Assembly (NCBI GenBank): GCA_047285535.1
Contig: JBJBDC010000001.1
Span: 2,848,136-2,912,135 of the forward strand
Reading direction: 5' to 3'
Length of the DNA stretch: 64,000 nt
From: Synechococcus sp.
GTDB lineage: Bacteria > Cyanobacteriota > Cyanobacteriia > PCC-6307 > Cyanobiaceae
Each line of letters starts with the position of its first letter. Positions within the stretch are counted from its first letter, which is position 1. Shown here in pieces: positions 30,684 to 44,778 of the stretch. The notes beneath the pieces were generated by a model, which was not told the origin of the DNA, did not search any database, and saw nothing but the letters and a program-made list of their open reading frames with translations. Position numbers and translations under genes: made by a program.

Positions 30684-30699
30684 TCTTGCAGAATGTTCT

Positions 30700-32154
30700 T
30701 TAATAAATCTTCTGATCAAGATCGAGCATTTCCACGTCGTTAGGATTAATCCTAAGGAAGTGATGCAATAGAAGGAATCCAACAATGGTCCAAGTTTGGT
30801 ATGTCCTTGATTGCTGTCCCATCCAGGTGCCTGTTGGACCATCAAAATATTCTGCCCACTGTTGTCGTGGTAATTGGTTGAGTTGGCTCCAGTAACAATC
30901 CTCGAGCATCGCTTTCATCTGTCCCATCAGCAGGATGTCGGCATTGGGATGTCGACGCTCATGCAGGAGGATTGAGGCCCCGAAATACCAAAGCAGGCTG
31001 GGCCAATGCCCTCCGTTGTGATAGCTCCATGGCCAGTTTTTGGGATCGGATCCAGTTTTGTTTTGCCACTCCATGGTTTCCATGGGTGGATGGCAAATGC
31101 GCATCGGCATCTGAGCCATCAAATGATTGCGGTTGTGCAGCATGAGACGGAACAGGGCACGCTGTTGTGGTGCGGTGAGAAGTCCGAATAGACAGCCGAG
31201 GGAATTGCCTAGGCTGTAAAAGCGGAAATCTGGTCGACCTGTTCGAATATTTCCAATGAGATAGCCGCCACGGTTCTCAAGCCAGTCCTGAAGCCAATCA
31301 GGAATGACCTGAGGTTGCACATTGAACTCATTTTGGTGTTGATTGTCGCCGTATTGCTCCGTTGGCCGTCGCCTTAGCACTTGCATCGTCTTACTGGTGA
31401 CCCAGTAGTGCTTCAGCAAAAATTTCCTTAGGTCATGGATCCATTGGCGAGTCAACACCAACCGCTGATCAAGAAGTCTGCTGTTTTGATGGCGACGTCC
31501 CAGTTCCATCAGCTGAGAGCAGCAACGGAGTGAGGCATAAAGCAGCACTTCAACCTCAAGTGGCGCCCCCCACACGTCCATTGGACGATCAATCATGAAC
31601 GCACAATCCGGAACGAACAGCACTGGTGTGCCCTCAAAAGTGGGATGAAGCACGAGGTCCAACAGCAGTTGTACGCCTCGTTGGACGCTTGCAGTGGATC
31701 CAAATTGTTCATCCCCGCTGGTTTTGACGTACATCCAACAGAGGATTGGCCACCAAAGGCTGGCGTCAACAGAAGTGATCCTGCCGATCGAACGTTGGCC
31801 GTAATCGGCGACGAGCACGCCATTTTCTTCAACAAAACTGGTTGGGAAGACGCCTCGTGTTTGGTAAGTGGTGCTTTGAAGGTCGAGGCAAATTTCTAGG
31901 AATTGTTTGACGATTTTGAATCGCTTTTGAGTTAGCAGGTAGACCATCACTGGCACGTTGTCGCGCAGGAAAATCTCGCCGTAGTTGAGCGCCTCATCGT
32001 CACGAGGGTGCTGGAGAGCAGCAACGCTCCCTGCGAGGCTTCCAGCAATTGGGATCAGCGTGCGTTCGAAATGCTCTTTGGCCTTTAGAACGACCTGGTC
32101 TTCTTTTGAGCTGGGACGTACCCGCTGGCGCTGTTGGCTGAAGCGTTCGGCCAT
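30700..32154 (-). CDS. Alkaline/neutral invertase (GH100)
   Basis: LNYGEIFLRD, ADYGQRSIGR, MIDRPMDV, WSYHNGGHWP, YQTWTI. Confidence 0.92.
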   Translation of the reverse strand: MAERFSQQRQRVRPSSKEDQVVLKAKEHFERTLIPIAGSLAGSVAALQHPRDDEALNYGEIFLRDNVPVMVYLLTQKRFKIVKQFLEICLDLQSTTYQTRGVFPTSFVEENGVLVADYGQRSIGRITSVDASLWWPILCWMYVKTSGDEQFGSTASVQRGVQLLLDLVLHPTFEGTPVLFVPDCAFMIDRPMDVWGAPLEVEVLLYASLRCCSQLMELGRRHQNSRLLDQRLVLTRQWIHDLRKFLLKHYWVTSKTMQVLRRRPTEQYGDNQHQNEFNVQPQVIPDWLQDWLENRGGYLIGNIRTGRPDFRFYSLGNSLGCLFGLLTAPQQRALFRLMLHNRNHLMAQMPMRICHPPMETMEWQNKTGSDPKNWPWSYHNGGHWPSLLWYFGASILLHERRHPNADILLMGQMKAMLEDCYWSQLNQLPRQQWAEYFDGPTGTWMGQQSRTYQTWTIVGFLLLHHFLRINPNDVEMLDLDQKIY

Positions 32155-32450
32155 GCTGCAGTTGCGACCATCCCTCAAAAATTAGTGATGCTCCTTGTTT
32201 TGGCCAGTGGAAGTAAGTCTGGAGATACTGGTTTCAGGAGATAGTTGCGAAGGGAGCAGTCATTGAGTTATGGTTTTGGACTGCGCGGGGGGGCAATGCT
32301 CCGAAGCGCAGCCGAGGATCATGACAAGCGAGAGCTTGAAGTGTTCTGAGGGGCTTGCAGGATTGGGGGAGCGATCCCACGATGTTGTAAGTTTCAAAGG
32401 CGGTTGCGAAACCGCAGGCCAACCGTTTCTGCAAGGGAACGCGAAGGCAG

Positions 32451-32480
32451 AACCTGGACAATTGAAAAGTTTAGGAACTG
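32451..32480 (+). promoter_or_regulatory. rrn leader BoxA-like element and 16S processing stem arm
   Basis: AACCTGGACAATTG, then AAAGTTTAGGAACT complementary to AGTTCCTAAACTTT in the ITS (~34446-34459). Confidence 0.7.
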
Positions 32481-32824
32481 ACGCTTTTATCGCGTTTAGT
32501 TTGAACTTAAGTCGAAAGATTTAAGTGCGAGCTAAATGATAGTGCGATAAAGGTGTGAGGTCCCGTCAACAATTATTTAGTTGCAGAGAAGCATTGTGCT
32601 TGCAGCTCGAGAGTTTTCACGAAGTCTTGAGTTGTCGGTGTGCGCAATGTGGAGCAACGACCGGATCTGAGATCCCGGAAAGTCGAAGGAGGAAGAAATT
32701 CTGATTTTGCACTCTTTGAACCCTTCTGTCAGAGGAAGGAGGCAACAACTGCATGAAGTACGCCAGTGCTTTGATGTGGGTGAAGCAAATCAATCGGAGG
32801 TGAGAACCAAAAGGGATTGATCTA

Positions 32825-34309
<1,485 letters not shown>

Positions 34310-34493
34310 AGGGAGACAAACAACCGATTTTGATGTCTGAGTACTTGATTCTTAGGCCAAAATCCTGTCACCTTAGGTCGATCGGTACCTCAATTTTGAA
34401 GCCAAGAGATGTCTAGAGATAGGGATTGGCTTGGTGGAGATCTTTAGTTCCTAAACTTTGTCTAGGTCACACCCCATAAGGGATGAGACTCCT

Positions 34494-34567
<74 letters not shown>

Positions 34568-34575
34568 TCGGTGTT

Positions 34576-34648
34576 GGGGGTTTAGCTCAGTTGGTAGAGC
34601 GCCTGCTTTGCAAGCAGGATGTCAGGAGTTCGAGTCTCCTAACCTCCA
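34576..34648 (+). tRNA. tRNA-Ala(TGC)
   Basis: GGGGGTTTAGCTCAGTTGG..TTTGCAA..GTTCGAGTC..CCTCCA. Confidence 0.98.
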
Positions 34649-34997
34649 CTGACCGAAATGAATCCCCATCTCCCAAGAGTGGAGTATGAGCTCGTATGGA
34701 TTGTGATTTAGATTTGTCCGCTAGATGATCCTAGCTTCTTGTCATTTTAAAGAATGGGAGTGAACCCAAGATTTAATTGATAGGACGCTGGGCTCAATGA
34801 ATGGATTGAGAGATCAATGCATTGATTTGATGTCTAGCCGAACCTTGACAACTGCATAGTAAGTCTGGAAAGAATAAAGCATCTCATAGATGCATCATTC
34901 TTGAGGGTTAATTCTTGATGGAATGATGTTAATTCTACGAGCAAGAGCCGAGACTCCATCACGTTCTTTCAAATGTGTCGAGCATTTGAGAGTTTGA

Positions 34998-35038
34998 TTT
35001 TAACTTCTAAGTTAGAAGTTCTAAGTTAGAAGTTAAAA
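34998..35038. repeat. Near-perfect 41-bp palindrome containing a tandem 14-mer in the ITS
   Basis: TTTTAAC-(TTCTAAGTTAGAAG)x2-TTAAAA. Confidence 0.85.
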
Positions 35039-35078
35039 GAATCTGTTTCAACAACAGCAAGCGTGTTGGAGATACATT

Positions 35079-37943
<2,865 letters not shown>

Positions 37944-38058
37944 ACATTTGGTTCTTGCCTTTGAAAAGACTTTATTTGATCCAGATCGCAAACAAGGAAC
38001 GCAAGTGAATTGAATGCAGCTATGCAGTTCTCAGGGGTCAACCCTTGGGAAATGTCTA

Positions 38059-38176
38059 TCCTGGTGTCCATAGCGCTGTGGACCCACTCCGATCCATCTC
38101 GAACTCGGTTGTGAAACGCAGCAGCGGCGACGATATTTGGGGGGTAGCCCCCTGAGAAAATAGCTCGATGCCAGGT
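38059..38176 (+). rRNA. rrf: 5S rRNA
   Basis: TCCTGGTGTCCATAGCG..CCATCTCGAACTCGGTTGTGAAAC..GCCAGG. Confidence 0.97.
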
Positions 38177-38194
38177 AAAAACATTTTCAACGAA

Positions 38195-38226
38195 GAAAGC
38201 CATCCCTTGAAGGGATGGCTTTTTTT
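38195..38226 (+). terminator. rrn intrinsic terminator
   Basis: AAAGCCATCCCTT-G-AAGGGATGGCTTT plus T-tract. Confidence 0.88.
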
Positions 38227-38287
38227 GTGCCCTGCTGCACGGTAGTTTATGTCTCTATAGGCTTTATTAGAAGTTTTAGAGGTCGTT

Positions 38288-39157
38288 TTAGTGTTGGCAT
38301 TGAGGACACCAATGCGTGCTTCTCCCAGCAACCTTGATCCTTTCGATCGTTGTTCCGCAATGTAGGCATGGTTGACCGGTACGTCTGTAAACAGCAGCTT
38401 GGCCTCCATAATTACCGTTAATTCCTTCAAGATCTCGGAAATCTTTAAAGGTTGTCCCGCCTGCTCCAATGCTCATTTCTAATACATTGATCAGGCATTG
38501 TCTTAGTTTCTCCAGTTGCTTACGATTCAGCCTTCCTGCTGCTTTTTGTGGGCAAATCCCCGCTGCAAATAAACTTTCGTCTGCATAGATGTTGCCTGTG
38601 CCAGCCACGGTTGATTGATCGAGTAATGCAGCTTTAATTGACCGTGTGGATCCTTTTAATTTTTCTTGCAGGTATTCTGTCTTGAAATCTTGACTAAAGG
38701 GTTCAGGGCCTAGTTTTTTGATTCCACAGATGACGGAATCCACGGCAATGCCCGGTGGAACCCACCACATTTCTGCGAAACTTCTTACATCAACAAAGCG
38801 CAGTTCCTGTCCCTTGGCATTCCAGAACCGTACACGTGTGTGTTTACAGACTGGCGTTCCATCCTCAATCCATTGAAACTGCCCAGTCATGCGTAGATGA
38901 ACTCCCCAGTACCCTCCGCTCTCTTCAGAATCTTGCAACTCAGCTGATGCTGGCCTGTGGAGTTCGGCGAATAAATACTTGCCTCTTCGATTCCAACTGC
39001 CAATGCGGCAGTTTATGAGCCCTGATTGAAAGCATTCGGCTCCACCGGGACTTGCAATAGCCCTGTCTCTGCAGACTTCAAGATCGGTGATGACAAATTG
39101 ATCCAGACGGCTCGCCAATCCTCGACGAACCGTCTCAACCTCTGGGAGTTCAGGCAA
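38288..39157 (-). CDS. mutM: Formamidopyrimidine-DNA glycosylase
   Basis: PELPEVE, HLRMTG, GNIYADE, C-terminal zinc finger. Confidence 0.97.
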   Translation of the reverse strand: MPELPEVETVRRGLASRLDQFVITDLEVCRDRAIASPGGAECFQSGLINCRIGSWNRRGKYLFAELHRPASAELQDSEESGGYWGVHLRMTGQFQWIEDGTPVCKHTRVRFWNAKGQELRFVDVRSFAEMWWVPPGIAVDSVICGIKKLGPEPFSQDFKTEYLQEKLKGSTRSIKAALLDQSTVAGTGNIYADESLFAAGICPQKAAGRLNRKQLEKLRQCLINVLEMSIGAGGTTFKDFRDLEGINGNYGGQAAVYRRTGQPCLHCGTTIERIKVAGRSTHWCPQCQH

Positions 39158-39162
39158 CGACC

Positions 39163-39372
39163 TCAGGCAGGTTCCAGCTCTGCCTGAGAGAAGTTATTGG
39201 TATTGATACCACCTTCTGATCCAGAGATTCCGCTGTAGTTCACCTTTTCAAAACGAACTACAACTGGGTAACGAATGCCAGAGGTGTCAATCGATGCCAC
39301 TGTGCCGACATCGTTGTACCAATAGGACTCAGGCCGCTTGATGCGAACCTTGTCACCACGGGAAATAGCCAT
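39163..39372 (-). CDS. psaE: Photosystem I subunit IV
   Basis: [28 protein letters not shown]. Confidence 0.98.
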   Translation of the reverse strand: MAISRGDKVRIKRPESYWYNDVGTVASIDTSGIRYPVVVRFEKVNYSGISGSEGGINTNNFSQAELEPA

Positions 39373-39482
39373 CGCTGCTCAGAAACGTTGATGTAAAGAA
39401 AGCGTATCGCTGAGTGGTCTCCAGATCGAGAGAGCGTCACAGAATGTCTTTGGCGTGTTTTTGATCTGTTGACCTCATCGGC

Positions 39483-40556
39483 ATGGCAGCATCCATCACC
39501 ACCCCATTGATGACGCCGTTGACCAGCCTTAGTCCCGAACCGCCCTCGCTGGATCTTGACCTTCCCGATCCTGACCAGGATGACATCAGTACGATGGAAT
39601 TCCTGGCTCGACTCGAGCAAGCCTGGGATGTTTGCGACAAATTTGATCTGCAGACTGAAATCTGTCGTGGTCGCATCTTGAAAGCTGTGCGTGATCGCGA
39701 AAAACGAGGTGGTGAGGGTCGTGGAGCCGGTTTTTTGCAGTGGCTTCGGGAACGGGAAATCAGTAAGACCAGGGCGTATGGATTGATTCAGTTGGCTGAA
39801 TCAGCGGAAGACTTAGTCGGCGAAGGGTTGTTGCAGCAATCGAGTGTGAATCAATTCTCGAAGCGCGCCTTTCTTGAAACTGCTTCTGCGGCTCCAGAAG
39901 TCCAGGTGATGATTGCGGAAGCCGCCAACGATGGTCAGGAGATCACTCGTAAGCAGGTCAGAAGGTTGACTGACGATTTCACGGCAGCGACGAGTCTCCT
40001 GCTCCCGGACGAAATTCGTCAACGTGCGCAAGAGAATTTGCTGCCTTCAAAGGTTGTTGCACCGCTGGTGCGAGAACTATCCAAACTTCCAGAGCTGCAA
40101 CAAGATGATTTCCGCAAGGTCCTCAGGGATGAGCCGGAACTTGATCGAATCAAAGATGTCACACATACGGCTCGTTGGATTACCAAAGCCACCGAATCTG
40201 GCGTTGCAGTTCGCGCTTTTCAGCAGGGTGATTTGGACCTGGATAAAGCAATGCAGGAAGCTCAGAGGCTCGATGCCCTTGGCTTGCTTGCCGATGCAGT
40301 AGGTCAGGCGCAGGCCCTGGAGGCAGCTGTTCTCAAGTTGCACACCTCATGGAGACGGCTTGGCGGGCTTCATGAACGTCTTTGGGTTGAAAGTGGAAGC
40401 AGCACTCCTTATCTCCGGGATGTTTTGACAGCTCTTCAGACGTTGAGTGGTGCCACGATGCGGGTGTCTTTAGGTGAGCTTGCTGGTGGAAAGAGGGTCA
40501 GACTTCAACTTGTTGAAGAGGCTCCTGAACAACTGGATCCCCCAATAACCCTCTAG
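39483..40556 (+). CDS. Conserved cyanobacterial hypothetical protein
   Basis: 357-aa helical ORF with an HTH-like segment FLQWLREREISKTRAYGLIQLA. Confidence 0.8.
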   Translation: MAASITTPLMTPLTSLSPEPPSLDLDLPDPDQDDISTMEFLARLEQAWDVCDKFDLQTEICRGRILKAVRDREKRGGEGRGAGFLQWLREREISKTRAYGLIQLAESAEDLVGEGLLQQSSVNQFSKRAFLETASAAPEVQVMIAEAANDGQEITRKQVRRLTDDFTAATSLLLPDEIRQRAQENLLPSKVVAPLVRELSKLPELQQDDFRKVLRDEPELDRIKDVTHTARWITKATESGVAVRAFQQGDLDLDKAMQEAQRLDALGLLADAVGQAQALEAAVLKLHTSWRRLGGLHERLWVESGSSTPYLRDVLTALQTLSGATMRVSLGELAGGKRVRLQLVEEAPEQLDPPITL

Positions 40557-40603
40557 ATCTGGTACTCGTTAGAGTGAATCCGCTATCTGTGGTGCGAGGG
40601 TGA

Positions 40604-42097
40604 GTGTTGGATCCACTCATTGATGCTCTCAACAACCATTTTGGCTGGGATTCCTTTCGTTCAGGGCAGCGCCCCGTCATTGAAGCCTTGCTGAGTGGAC
40701 GAGATTGTCTTGCAGTTCTACCAACTGGAGGAGGTAAATCTCTTTGCTATCAGCTGCCTGCACTGGTGAGGCAGGGGTTGGTTGTAGTGATTTCTCCATT
40801 GGTGGCTCTGATGGATGATCAGGTTCGTCAGTTACAGAAGCGAGGTATTTCTGCTGCCTGTCTGCATCGCGGTATTCACCCTGACCGGCGCCGCTTGATT
40901 CGGAAACAGTTGTCTTCGGGAGCGTTGCGTCTGTTGTATCTCGCTCCTGAGCGTCTTCAAGGTGATGAGGCGAGAGACATGCTTGCTGAGTATGCGCGGC
41001 GGGGACAGTTAGTTGCTTTGGCCGTGGATGAAGCGCATTGCATCAGTGCATGGGGGCATGATTTCAGACCTGATTATCGACGGCTTGGTCAGCTGCGCTT
41101 ACTTTGCCCTGGTGTTCCTCTTGTGGCTCTAAGCGCCACAGCGGCTCCCAGGGTGCGGGCTGACATCCTTCGATTGCTTGGTTTATGCAAACCACTGATT
41201 CAGGTGTCTTCAGCGCAACGCTGCAATCTCCAATACACGATGCGACGTCGTCCGAGCGATCCGCTCCCAGAGGTCCTGGATGCCTTAAAGAATTCTCGTG
41301 GTGCAAAGTTGATCTATGCCAGGACCCGCCGTTCGGTGGAGTACTGGGCACAACGATTGCAATCTGAAGGGATTCAAGCGATCACTTATCACGCGGGTCT
41401 GGAACTGGAGCGTCGCGAGGAGGCTTTACGTCATTTTTTGGAAGCCGATGGGCCCGTCTTGGTGGCAACAGTTGCGTTTGGTATGGGTGTCGATCGTTCG
41501 GACGTGGGTTTGGTATTGCACTTGGATCTTCCTGCTTCGCCGGAGGGTTACCTCCAGGAATCAGGTCGTGCTGGTCGTGATGGCAGACCGGCCCATTGTC
41601 TTGTGCTTTTTTCGCCTCGAGATCGAATTCGTCTTGGCTGGGCAATGCAGTCCACGTTGAGACGTGAGGCTGAAACCAAGGTTTTGGAAGACGATGTTCG
41701 GCGCGTGGAGTTGGCTCAACAACAATTACGTCGCATGGAGGCTGTCGCAGAAGGAGAGATTTGCCGTGAGCAAGCTCTTCTCTTATCTGTTGGAGAGCTG
41801 ACCTCTCCTTGCGGCCGCTGTGATCGCTGCGTCACTGAATTGCGACCACAGGATTGGTCTGATCGCGCCCAGGAACTGTTAAGCGTCATCCATGCAAAGC
41901 GGGGCGCGGATATTCGCTCCCTCACTGAGCATTTACGGGAGATCAATGGAAACGAAGAGCGCTGGGGTTGGCTTGTCCGCAGGCTTGTGCAAGAAGAGCT
42001 CATTGGTGAGAGCAATGATGGTGTACAACGTCTTTCCCTTCGGGATAGCGGCAGACAATTTCTGCATGCACCTTGGCCTTTGCATTACTCGGCTTAA
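40604..42097 (+). CDS. recQ: RecQ-family DNA helicase
   Basis: PTGGGKSLCYQ, DEAHCISAWGHDFRP, ATVAFGMG, QESGRAGRDG, Zn-binding Cys; no obvious HRDC domain. Confidence 0.93.
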   Translation: MLDPLIDALNNHFGWDSFRSGQRPVIEALLSGRDCLAVLPTGGGKSLCYQLPALVRQGLVVVISPLVALMDDQVRQLQKRGISAACLHRGIHPDRRRLIRKQLSSGALRLLYLAPERLQGDEARDMLAEYARRGQLVALAVDEAHCISAWGHDFRPDYRRLGQLRLLCPGVPLVALSATAAPRVRADILRLLGLCKPLIQVSSAQRCNLQYTMRRRPSDPLPEVLDALKNSRGAKLIYARTRRSVEYWAQRLQSEGIQAITYHAGLELERREEALRHFLEADGPVLVATVAFGMGVDRSDVGLVLHLDLPASPEGYLQESGRAGRDGRPAHCLVLFSPRDRIRLGWAMQSTLRREAETKVLEDDVRRVELAQQQLRRMEAVAEGEICREQALLLSVGELTSPCGRCDRCVTELRPQDWSDRAQELLSVIHAKRGADIRSLTEHLREINGNEERWGWLVRRLVQEELIGESNDGVQRLSLRDSGRQFLHAPWPLHYSA

Positions 42098-42112
42098 TTG
42101 AAGTGACTTGAT

Positions 42113-43186
42113 TTAGGCGGCTTTGCAGCGATCTTTCACCAGGTCTTTTTCGAAATTGGTCTGGGGTGCAATCCAGGTTTTCCAGGCACCATCTGAGCTG
42201 GTTACATTGATTTTGCGGGCAGAGCAGTTCACCGCTACATACAGAGGCTTTCCTTCTCCGTTCAGGGTTGGGGCCACCATGCTGCCGCCCATCGATTGCC
42301 AGTTGCTCCAGTCCACTTGAAGTGGTCCATAGGTGCGCCATGCAGCGGGATTGGCCTGGACGGTCTTGGTTTTATCTTTTTTTGATGCTTTCTTTTGGGA
42401 TTGAATTTTCGTGGCTGGTTTGGTAGCTGTTGCAGTGAGAACGGGCTGGGGTGAAGGCTTCACTGCTTGAGTGGTAAGGGTCTGCGACGCTGACTTTTGG
42501 ACGCTCTCAGGTTTTGAACTGGTGGCTGAATTGGTTGTGATTTGTGCCGAGGGTGTGGAATCTGCTCGAGTTGCAGTCACTTGCTCGTTGAGACTTGTAT
42601 CCCGGAGCATCAGCTTTGTTCCCACCTTGATCTTGTCGGGGTCGCTGATGGTATTGAGATCGATCAGAGAGGCCACTGGAATCTCATAGGCAAGAGCGAT
42701 CTGCGTCAATGTCTGACCTCTCGCAATGGTGTGAGAGGTGGCATTTGGATTGGCCTTGATCGGCGTTGGCTTGGCCTTGGCCACGGGCTTTGGCCTGGGC
42801 AGAACGGCGGTTGTTGGCAGTTTCAGGGTTTGGCCAATTTCAATGTGATCTGCGCTTTGAAGGCTGTTGATGGTGATCAAGTCTCTCTCTCTGACGCGGT
42901 AACGCCCAGCAATGTCTCCCAAGGTGTCGCCCAGTCGCACGGTGTGGCGTCCTGAACCAGCACTGACCACACCCCTGGCACCACTAGGCAATCGAAGAGT
43001 TTGACCGGCCTCTACATGGTTGGAGTTCCGGATGCCATTCATTCGCATCAGACTGTTGACGGATACTCCGTATCTCTCAGCCAGATCGGAGATGGTGTCT
43101 CCTCGCTTCACGGTGATCGATGCTGCTAGGGCTGGCAGGGGCATCAATGCCGTCAGGGTTAGGGCAGCGGCAACCATGCTTCTCAT
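42113..43186 (-). CDS. Secreted LysM-domain protein
   Basis: Signal peptide, three LysM repeats, P/K/T-rich linkers, C-terminal YGPLQVDW domain. Confidence 0.9.
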   Translation of the reverse strand: MRSMVAAALTLTALMPLPALAASITVKRGDTISDLAERYGVSVNSLMRMNGIRNSNHVEAGQTLRLPSGARGVVSAGSGRHTVRLGDTLGDIAGRYRVRERDLITINSLQSADHIEIGQTLKLPTTAVLPRPKPVAKAKPTPIKANPNATSHTIARGQTLTQIALAYEIPVASLIDLNTISDPDKIKVGTKLMLRDTSLNEQVTATRADSTPSAQITTNSATSSKPESVQKSASQTLTTQAVKPSPQPVLTATATKPATKIQSQKKASKKDKTKTVQANPAAWRTYGPLQVDWSNWQSMGGSMVAPTLNGEGKPLYVAVNCSARKINVTSSDGAWKTWIAPQTNFEKDLVKDRCKAA

Positions 43187-43265
43187 GCGACTCTCTTGGC
43201 TGGGCGCAAGATAAGGTGCCTGGCTCAACTCGCCAGTCCCTTTCGGCGATTGATTTGCAAGTGAT

Positions 43266-44666
43266 TCAGCCAACTAGGCGGCGTAACAAAGCAGGATTCA
43301 GTGTGTAGGGGGGATAGCGGAGACGTGGGTCAAGAAAAAAGGGTCTTCTGAGCACGGCTCGTTCGTTGGAAAAGGTACGAAATCCTGCTTCGCCGTGATA
43401 GCTACCCATTCCACTAGGACCTACGCCACCAAATGGCAGCTCAGGAATCCCCGCTTGCATCACCACGTCGTTAAAGCAAACTCCGCCCGAACTGGTGTTT
43501 TGTAGCAGGGTGTTTTGGTCGTTTTCGTCGCCACCAAACAGATAGATCGCCAAGGGTTTGTCTTGTTTTTGAATTCGTGTGATGGCGCAACTCAGATCAT
43601 CCACCGCAATCAATGGCAACAATGGGCCGAAGAGTTCTTCAGCCATTAAGGGGTCATCGTCACTCGTGACCTCAATCAGGGTGGGAGCGATCTTGCGGAC
43701 TGTCGGGTCGCATTCCCCTCCCAGAAGGAGACGGTCGTTCCCCCGAGCAGCAGCTAGGAGACTTTCCAGGTGGTTGTAATGCTGATCATGGATTAACGAA
43801 CCCAGATCAGCAGAAGCGAGAGGAACGTCGCCGTAGAGATTGCGGCGCTGTTCAGACAGGGCATGAATCAGGTCTTCACGGATGCTCGTCTGAACGAGTA
43901 AGTGGTCGGGTGCGACGCAGGTTTGTCCAGCATTCAAGCCTTTCCCCCAAATCAAGCGGCGGGCCGTCACCGCAAGGTCAGCACCTTTAAGCACTATCGC
44001 CGGATTTTTTCCTCCTAACTCCAGAGTGACTGGTGTGAGATGCCGTGCTGCTCCAGCCAGCACCTTGGCTCCAATCGCCCCACGACCAGTGAAGAAAATG
44101 TGGTCAAAGCCAAGATCTATGAGACCTGCTGCAGTAGAGGCATCTCCGTTTACGACCTGCACCACATCCTCGGGAAAGCAGACAGAGATAAGGCGCTTGA
44201 TTAATTGTGCAGTGGCAGGAGCATGCTCTGACGGTTTCAAAACAGCCGTATTTCCAGCAGCGAGGGCGCTGATCAGAGGCTGGATCGTGAGCATGAACGG
44301 GTAGTTCCATGGGCCGATCACAAGCACACATCCCAAGGGCTCTCGGATGAGTTTTGCCCGCCCAGGACGCTGAGTGATTGGGATGGGAATGCGGCGAGGG
44401 CGCATCCAGGCTCTGAGATGTCGCTTGGTGAGTTTTAATTCTTGAAGCAGGGCCACGATCTCAACCATGCCCTCCAGCGCAGGTTTCCCAAGGTCGATGC
44501 GAAGAGCTTGGAGTATGTCTTCTTCATGGCGGTGGAGCAGGTCGCTTAATCGCTTTAATTGAACACGTCGCCAAGCTTCTGGTCGGGTATGACCCGAGAT
44601 GACAGGCGTGCGGAGGACCTTCAAATGAGCAGCTGTTAAGGCCTCGCCGGGGCTTGAGCGGACCAT
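43266..44666 (-). CDS. Aldehyde dehydrogenase (ALDH3-like)
   Basis: PWNYP, LKPSE, LELGGKNP, GQTCVAPD, EELFGP. Start uncertain. Confidence 0.92.
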   Translation of the reverse strand: MVRSSPGEALTAAHLKVLRTPVISGHTRPEAWRRVQLKRLSDLLHRHEEDILQALRIDLGKPALEGMVEIVALLQELKLTKRHLRAWMRPRRIPIPITQRPGRAKLIREPLGCVLVIGPWNYPFMLTIQPLISALAAGNTAVLKPSEHAPATAQLIKRLISVCFPEDVVQVVNGDASTAAGLIDLGFDHIFFTGRGAIGAKVLAGAARHLTPVTLELGGKNPAIVLKGADLAVTARRLIWGKGLNAGQTCVAPDHLLVQTSIREDLIHALSEQRRNLYGDVPLASADLGSLIHDQHYNHLESLLAAARGNDRLLLGGECDPTVRKIAPTLIEVTSDDDPLMAEELFGPLLPLIAVDDLSCAITRIQKQDKPLAIYLFGGDENDQNTLLQNTSSGGVCFNDVVMQAGIPELPFGGVGPSGMGSYHGEAGFRTFSNERAVLRRPFFLDPRLRYPPYTLNPALLRRLVG

Positions 44667-44778
44667 CAAAAGGTGTCCGATGGAGGTGCATGTTCGCAGG
44701 TCTGATTGGTTGATCGTGAAAGAGGGGATGACGTTGGAGCCGATTGGGATTAGTACGAGATGGAATGGTGTCGGCCTG

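Noticed and set aside
39385..39410. Possible RpaB/HLR1 site upstream of psaE (TTTACA half-site on the minus strand)
   Set aside because: The second half-site and spacing are too degenerate to support.
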